Of a DNA stretch of 64,000 bases, positions 58,264-64,000 are shown piece by piece (the stretch's first letter is position 1; every line of letters begins with the position of its first letter). Below the pieces are notes generated by a model. It searched no databases. It saw only the letters and a program-made list of their open reading frames with translations, and was not told where the DNA came from. The DNA is taken from contig CAYPKR010000001.1 in assembly GCA_964411375.1 (NCBI GenBank), positions 168,227 to 232,226 on the forward strand. Direction: 5' to 3'. Origin of the DNA: an uncultured Candidatus Saccharibacteria bacterium. Its GTDB lineage: Bacteria > Patescibacteriota > Minisyncoccia > Phycocordibacterales > UBA12088. The position numbers and the translations under genes were made by a program.

Positions 58264-59106
58264 ATGGAGTTCATTGACACCTTACTTCCTCCAATTATTT
58301 TTCTTTTCGGTATCATCATCGGGAGTTTTTTAAATGTGGTTATTTTTCGAACCGAGCAGGGCAGTGGCTTTGGTGGTCGATCGCACTGTATGTCGTGCGA
58401 TGCGACACTTGCCGCCAGAGATTTAGTCCCTGTCATCTCGTATTTTTTCCTTCGAGGGAAATGTCGCAACTGTGATGCTCCAATTTCAATCCAATATCCC
58501 CTCGTCGAACTTTCAATGGGGGTGCTCTCGCTTCTTATCCTCACTCTTCACCCAAGCCTTCCACAATTTTTTCTCCTTTTCGTTATTTCGGCGTATCTCC
58601 TCCTAATCACCGTCTACGATATTCGCCATACTGAAATTCCAAACTCCTTTGTGTATGGTTTTTGTTATTTTGCGCTTCTCTATGCACTTCTTCCGATACT
58701 TACCAATCCCGATTTTTTCCTGACCGGGTTCGTTATGCCCACTGCTTTCTTTGCCGGTCCTCTCATGTTCCTCCCGTTATTCCTACTCTGGGATTTATCA
58801 GAAGGGCGAGCAATCGGACTTGCGGATGCAAAAATTGCTCTCGGTATGGGATGGCTCCTGGGAATTCAAAGTGGAAGTAGCGCCCTGATACTTTCTTTTT
58901 GGATCGGTGCAGTAATCGGTGTACTCCTACTTGTCGCGCCGCAATTTGCGGGAATTGGAAAATTATTATCCGCATGGAAAGGGAAGCGAAGGAAAAAGCA
59001 TCCTTCTTTCGATATGAAGAGTCAGATTCCCTTTGGTCCATTCCTAGTCCTCGGAACGCTCCTCGCGCTCTACACCTCTTTTAGTGTGTGGACGCTGTTC
59101 GGATAA
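58264..59106 (+). CDS. pilD: prepilin peptidase PilD (A24 family)
   Basis: CMSCDATL...CRNCDAPI zinc-binding Cys pairs and a polytopic membrane region. Confidence 0.88.
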   Translation: MEFIDTLLPPIIFLFGIIIGSFLNVVIFRTEQGSGFGGRSHCMSCDATLAARDLVPVISYFFLRGKCRNCDAPISIQYPLVELSMGVLSLLILTLHPSLPQFFLLFVISAYLLLITVYDIRHTEIPNSFVYGFCYFALLYALLPILTNPDFFLTGFVMPTAFFAGPLMFLPLFLLWDLSEGRAIGLADAKIALGMGWLLGIQSGSSALILSFWIGAVIGVLLLVAPQFAGIGKLLSAWKGKRRKKHPSFDMKSQIPFGPFLVLGTLLALYTSFSVWTLFG

Positions 59107-59151
59107 TTCTTTTGCGAAGGGGATTTCCGTCGTACAATAAATGACACACGC

Positions 59152-59613
59152 ATGTACTACCAATTGCTGTACAAATCAAAGCGAGGCTTCTCATTGATTG
59201 AGTTATTGGTCGCAATAAGTATCATCGCTCTTCTTGCCGCACTTATCATTTCAGGCATAGGCAATTCTCGCACCCGCGGCAGAGACTCTAAGCGCGTATC
59301 AGACATTAAAAATATCCAGATCTCACTCGAACTCTACTACGACAGAAATCATTTCTATCCTGACAGCGCCACTGCCCAGTCGGTACAAACGGCACTCACT
59401 GGACTCGTTTCCGGCGGCTTCATGCAGTCTATCCCTGACGATCCACTCGGGGGAACAGTGCATTACATGTACATGAGTAATGGAGCAACAAAGTCGACAT
59501 CATACTGTCTTGGTGCTGATCTCGAATCAACTATCTATGCGGAAAATACTTGCGCAACATCACCAGACCTTGGCGCAACATACGAATATCGAGCGGGCCC
59601 ACAGTCGTTATAA
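59152..59613 (+). CDS. type IV pilin
   Basis: KRGFSLIELLVAISIIALL. Confidence 0.85.
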   Translation: MYYQLLYKSKRGFSLIELLVAISIIALLAALIISGIGNSRTRGRDSKRVSDIKNIQISLELYYDRNHFYPDSATAQSVQTALTGLVSGGFMQSIPDDPLGGTVHYMYMSNGATKSTSYCLGADLESTIYAENTCATSPDLGATYEYRAGPQSL

Positions 59614-59627
59614 CAATACATTAATGC

Positions 59628-60254
59628 ATGCGGGGAAAATTGTTACAGCAAAGACGTACACTTCGACCGAAGGGAACAGCAGGATTTTCTCTCATTGAAC
59701 TTTTGGTTGTCCTTTCGATTGCAGCAATACTTCTGGCATCTGTTTCACTTTTTGATACGAGGCCAAGAGGAAAGATCGCCGTTGATGCAGGCGCACAATT
59801 GCTTTCACAACAAATCCGCCAATCGATGCTCTATGGACTTTCGATCATTGGATTTGGAAATAATTTTGATGTCGGCTACGGAGTCCGCGTTGATCTGACC
59901 ACGCCAACCTTTACGCAATTTTACGTAGATTCAAACAATAACCACGTCTTTGATTCTGCGAGTGAAATCGATACTTACTATCAGAAACTCACGTTTCCGT
60001 CGGACGTACAAATTACCAAACTGTGTGTAGACAACGGAGGAGCCGCGACCTGCTATTTCCCAACTGCGAATAACAAAATGGATGTTTCGTTCTCTCGCGC
60101 TGATATACAAGGAATATTCACACTCACGCCTGTATCTGGAAGCCCATCAGTCTACTCGAATGTATCGATTTTCCTCGGGAGCATTTCCAAAACGAGTGTG
60201 GTCGAAGAAGTGCGTGTGAGTAAAAACGGCCTTGTTGATATCATTGGCATATGA
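59628..60254 (+). CDS. minor pilin / pseudopilin (GspH/FimT-like)
   Basis: AGFSLIELLVVLSIAAIL prepilin N-terminus. 208 aa. Confidence 0.7.
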   Translation: MRGKLLQQRRTLRPKGTAGFSLIELLVVLSIAAILLASVSLFDTRPRGKIAVDAGAQLLSQQIRQSMLYGLSIIGFGNNFDVGYGVRVDLTTPTFTQFYVDSNNNHVFDSASEIDTYYQKLTFPSDVQITKLCVDNGGAATCYFPTANNKMDVSFSRADIQGIFTLTPVSGSPSVYSNVSIFLGSISKTSVVEEVRVSKNGLVDIIGI

Positions 60255-60769
60255 TCTGGAAGAAAAAGACACGTACAAAAGGCTTCACCTTGATTGAAAT
60301 GATGGTGTCTGTGACGCTCTTTATATTCGTGATGCTTTCCGTTACGACACTCTTCCTGTCAGTTGTTACTGCGAACAAAAAAGCACAGACACAAAAATTT
60401 ATTTTTGATAACGTCTATTCATCGATGGAAATCTTTATACGCCATATTCGATCGGGAACGGCGTATGCTTGTATTCCAAGTGGCACATCGTGTACTACTT
60501 TTTCATTTACCGATGTGAGTGGGAATCAAGTAATTTATCGACTTAATGCAGGCGTTCTCCAGCGCTCTTTGGATAACGGGATTAGTTATGACCCTATGAC
60601 GGGGAGCAACGTAACGATTACCACGCTCCGGTTCTATCTGTTTGGAGACGGAATAACGACTCAACCGCGTGTCCTGGTGACCATTGCTGGAACCGCAGGG
60701 AAGGGTTCGACACTTTCTTCTTTTGCAATTCAATCAACCCTTTCTCAAGCGCTGAGTAGTGAAATCTAG
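60251..60769 (+). CDS. minor pilin (PilW-like)
   Basis: KGFTLIEMMVSVTLF N-terminus. Confidence 0.7.
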   Translation: MIWKKKTRTKGFTLIEMMVSVTLFIFVMLSVTTLFLSVVTANKKAQTQKFIFDNVYSSMEIFIRHIRSGTAYACIPSGTSCTTFSFTDVSGNQVIYRLNAGVLQRSLDNGISYDPMTGSNVTITTLRFYLFGDGITTQPRVLVTIAGTAGKGSTLSSFAIQSTLSQALSSEI

Positions 60770-61343
60770 TATGAACGTCCCTGCTCGTACAAAAAAAGGA
60801 TTTACGATGATCGAAACACTGATCGCGATCGCCGTTCTCATGATTGGAGCGGTTGGTCCTCTCACCTTGGTGCAACGGGGTGTCAGTTCTGCTACGTATG
60901 CGAGAGAAAAAACAATCGCCCTCTTTCTTGCAGAAGACGCACTCGAATATCTGAAAAACGTACGTGACAGCGACATCGTGAGTACTCAAGGAGGAACCGT
61001 AGAAGGAACCAACTATTTCTTCGGATACGTCGCGGTTGTATGTCTTGAAACGAATTGTACGGTAGAGACGACGCTTAATAACTTACCGAATGATGTAAAT
61101 AATCCTTCAAACTCTACAGTCAAAGCATGCTCCGGCACCTGTAGTCCAATTAACTTCAGTCCATCGGTCAATGCCTACAGTCATCAAACTGGAAGTGATT
61201 GGGATGAATCAATCTATACTCGACAATTCACAGTTACCACCTTGATTGGTGGCGAAGTGCGAGCGCGTGTCGTGGTATCATGGAAGGGAAATACTGTGTA
61301 TCTGCAACGAAATTTCAATCCTCTCGCAGGAAATGAATTGTAG
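60759..61343 (+). CDS. minor pilin (PilV-like)
   Basis: KGFTMIETLIAIAVL N-terminus. Confidence 0.7.
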   Translation: MKSSMNVPARTKKGFTMIETLIAIAVLMIGAVGPLTLVQRGVSSATYAREKTIALFLAEDALEYLKNVRDSDIVSTQGGTVEGTNYFFGYVAVVCLETNCTVETTLNNLPNDVNNPSNSTVKACSGTCSPINFSPSVNAYSHQTGSDWDESIYTRQFTVTTLIGGEVRARVVVSWKGNTVYLQRNFNPLAGNEL

Positions 61344-61362
61344 ATCATAAATTCATCGAATA

Positions 61363-64000
61363 ATGGAAACAGAACCTCGACGCTCCATATTCTCCTCTAT
61401 CCGTAAGCGGAAAGGATTTACGCTTCTTTACGCGATCATCATGACCGCGATCATTCTCTTTATCGCGTCATACAGTTTCACCTACCTGATTCGCCAAGTA
61501 CGCTATTCAACATTGGCAAATGATTCGGAAGACGCATACTACGCAGCGCAGTCAGCAGGGGAGTGTATCTTGCATTACGCGCAAGCAGGCATTTTTGATA
61601 AAGGAGTTGCTACCAATCTTTATTGTGACGGGAATGCGACTACGCCGCCAAGTTCAACTAATGCCGCAATACAAACATTCACCATTACAATCACTAATCC
61701 AGTGACCGGCAATGTTGCTGGGGCAACGGTTACCGTGGATACGACGACGCATACGATCGAAGTTCAAGGTTTCAACAGTCAGGACACCTCGCTCCCAAGT
61801 CGCGTTCAACGCGCGATTACATTCCGCTATAACGTCTACTGTCCAATCGGTGGAGATATCATGCTTGTCATCGACAATTCAGGAAGTATTGATGATAGTG
61901 AGATGGCGGTGTATAAGGCGTCTCTTAAATACATGATCGATCAGCTATATGCAAAAGATGTTGATCATAATACCCAGGTAGGATTGATCCGGTATGGAAC
62001 AAACGCGCGAGTATTTGAAGATCTTCAACTCCTGACCCCGGCATATCGTGATGAACTTAAAGGTCAGGTGGATGCGATGTCGAATATGGGATTGACTCAT
62101 ACAGCTACCGCACTTCGTAACGCATATCTCGAATTTAAGAATTTGAAGGACACTGTATTCAATTGGCCTCCTTCCGGGGTTTTGAATTCGGATGGAGTGC
62201 AGATCGCCGGCTCGTTTATCGGAGAGGCACTTGGAGACAATGAAATTACGACAATTACTCCTGCCGTTAATCGTGATGATAATCAGTACACCAATCACGT
62301 CATCCTCTTTACAGACGGAGGTCCGAATGACTGGATCGCAACATCAACTGTTGTGGTAAACGGAGTGACAAAACCAAAAGGATTTGCAATCACTTCACCG
62401 TGCTATTGGAATGCAAATGGTTCAATATATGCCGATAATGTTGCTGGGGTCGGGTGTGATAAACATCCTGGAGTATATAAAATCCCGACCATGTATAGTT
62501 TCTTGGTGGAAGCTGCAAGACTCAAGGCTATCGCAACGGTATACACTGTCGCGATCGGTCTTGCGGTGGATCCCGACGGGCAGGGTACTGCCCTCTGTCT
62601 TCCAGGCGTTACCTGTCTTGATATTTTGAAAGATGGCGCAACAGCTGACAGCTTGTCGTGGATAGCAAATACTTTTGACCAGGGACGAATCGATGATATT
62701 ACCGATGAAATTCTGTCATGTAGCATACAAGTGAATGGTCCAAATGATGCTCCTACGATCTCCCAAGGCTCCCCGAGCGGAACACTTCCCGCTGGCACCA
62801 CATCTACCGTCTTATCGGTAACAACTGATAAACCGGCGCTTTGCAAATGGAATAAAACGACTGATCCAGGGACATATAGCGCAATGTCTGGATCATTCGG
62901 TGACGTTAGTGCGCAAAAATCGCACTCGACGACTATAACCGGTCTTACAAACGGTAATTCCTATACCTACTATGCACGCTGTCAGGACTCAAATCAGGTT
63001 GAGAGTAACGCCTATCCAGTCACCTTCTCAATTGCTTCAACCGTCGATACTCAAGCACCATCGGTACCAACAAACGTAACTGTTGCTTCTATATCTACTT
63101 CGCAATTGAACGTTTCATGGTCGGCATCAACTGACAATGTTGGCGTTGCAAACTATCAAATCCAGCGATGTACTACGTCCGGTTGTACTTCAGCAACAAC
63201 AATCGGAAGTCCAGCATCAAACTCATTCAACGATACCGGACTATCCGCTGGCACCACATACTATTACCGAGTGAATGCAAAAGATGCGACTGGCAATACC
63301 TCAGCATATTCGACAGTTGTTTCAGGAACGACAAGCGCAGGTAGCGGCATTCCAACATCTGGACTCGTGGGATACTGGAAGTTCGATACCGCCGGCACTT
63401 CTCAAATCGACTCTTCGGGAAACGGTAACACAGGAACATTTGTTGGAAATGCCACAATCACTACTGCAGACAAGAAAGTGGGTACAGGCGCTGCAACCTT
63501 TGATGGAACAGGGGATTATATGACAGTCGCTGATTCCCCAGAACTTCGAGTAGGACCCGGCGATTGGGCAATCTCATTCTGGCAAAAAACATCAGGTACT
63601 GCAGACCAAGATATCCTTAATAAAGGAGCGGGAGGAAGCGTTCCACGCGAATATGAGATATCTGACTCCGTTACAAATCACCAGTTATATATAGAGTCTA
63701 AAACAGGAGGAGTGACTGAGACCGCTCTTTCCGCAGCAAATTCATATGTGAACGCGACATGGCATCACGTAGTGATAATGATGGATCAGAGCGCAAACAT
63801 GCAGCCATACTTTTATGTTGACGGTGTTCAAAAAACAGTCAGCTCGGATGGTATGACGACAACGCCAACCGCGACAACCGATACTCTCTTTATTGGCACC
63901 CGTTCGGCAAGCACGCGCTTCTTTAACGGTCTTATTGACGAGCTGCGCATATATAATCGTCTCCTTACTCCAAGTGAAATTTCGGCTCTGTTTGCTGAAG
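61363..64000 (+). CDS. giant pilin-like adhesin with VWA, FN3 and LamG/ConA-like domains (PilY1-like tip adhesin candidate), 3'-truncated at the window edge
   Basis: Not in the ORF track because it runs off the window. Features: KGFTLLYAIIMTAIILF prepilin-like N-terminus; MIDAS motif VIDNSGSID (DxSxS); an FN3-like block (QAPSVPTNVTV...YYYRV); and a C-terminal LamG-like block (FDGTGDYMTV...SFW...YVDG...DELRIYNRLLTPSEI). Confidence 0.65.
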   Translation, partial: METEPRRSIFSSIRKRKGFTLLYAIIMTAIILFIASYSFTYLIRQVRYSTLANDSEDAYYAAQSAGECILHYAQAGIFDKGVATNLYCDGNATTPPSSTNAAIQTFTITITNPVTGNVAGATVTVDTTTHTIEVQGFNSQDTSLPSRVQRAITFRYNVYCPIGGDIMLVIDNSGSIDDSEMAVYKASLKYMIDQLYAKDVDHNTQVGLIRYGTNARVFEDLQLLTPAYRDELKGQVDAMSNMGLTHTATALRNAYLEFKNLKDTVFNWPPSGVLNSDGVQIAGSFIGEALGDNEITTITPAVNRDDNQYTNHVILFTDGGPNDWIATSTVVVNGVTKPKGFAITSPCYWNANGSIYADNVAGVGCDKHPGVYKIPTMYSFLVEAARLKAIATVYTVAIGLAVDPDGQGTALCLPGVTCLDILKDGATADSLSWIANTFDQGRIDDITDEILSCSIQVNGPNDAPTISQGSPSGTLPAGTTSTVLSVTTDKPALCKWNKTTDPGTYSAMSGSFGDVSAQKSHSTTITGLTNGNSYTYYARCQDSNQVESNAYPVTFSIASTVDTQAPSVPTNVTVASISTSQLNVSWSASTDNVGVANYQIQRCTTSGCTSATTIGSPASNSFNDTGLSAGTTYYYRVNAKDATGNTSAYSTVVSGTTSAGSGIPTSGLVGYWKFDTAGTSQIDSSGNGNTGTFVGNATITTADKKVGTGAATFDGTGDYMTVADSPELRVGPGDWAISFWQKTSGTADQDILNKGAGGSVPREYEISDSVTNHQLYIESKTGGVTETALSAANSYVNATWHHVVIMMDQSANMQPYFYVDGVQKTVSSDGMTTTPTATTDTLFIGTRSASTRFFNGLIDELRIYNRLLTPSEISALFAE

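Overview
This window is a gene-dense bacterial chromosomal segment, about 48-52% GC, whose content looks like Candidate Phyla Radiation (CPR) / Patescibacteria. The evidence for that lineage is circumstantial: ribosomal proteins with lysine/alanine-rich extensions, no rpmD (L30) between rpsE and rplO, zinc-type S14, a natural-transformation gene set (ComEC, ComF, type IV pili), and a rare tRNA-Ile with a UAU anticodon.

In order, the window holds:
- a 5'-truncated pgk, a HIT hydrolase, recJ, rnhA;
- ComEC split into two genes around an oppositely oriented Fe/Mn superoxide dismutase;
- rpmB and a site-2 protease;
- the str operon (rpsL-rpsG-fusA-tuf), interrupted twice by orphan genes;
- the S10-spc-secY ribosomal cluster (rpsJ through secY), broken into separately terminated and promoted units by three insertions;
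- cmk, adk, map, ndk, a PyrD-like gene, pyrC;
- rplT-rpmI-infC on the minus strand, ftsH, tRNA-Ile(UAU);
- a secreted protein, a surface protein with five tandem Ig-like repeats plus a lamin-tail domain, recG;
- a putative copper-binding protein, an orphan CheY-like regulator, tRNA-Ser(GCU), an XRE/DUF2975-like pair, comF;
- a complete type IV pilus locus (pilM-N-O-x-pilB-CheY-pilT-pilC, pilins, pilD, minor pilins) that ends in a 3'-truncated giant pilin-like VWA/FN3/LamG adhesin.

The most unusual items are:
- a NUDIX gene followed by a Shedu-like (DUF4263, PD-(D/E)xK nuclease) gene sitting between rpsJ and rplC;
- an inverted three-gene block between rplB and rpsS that includes a stand-alone DnaA domain-IV protein;
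- a roughly 110-nt structured element present in two copies, with compensatory base-pair changes between the copies;
- two unexplained non-coding gaps of about 400 bp inside otherwise conserved gene strings.

All calls come from reading the sequence and ORF translations by eye; nothing was run against a database, and coordinates I derived myself may be off by 1-2 nt.
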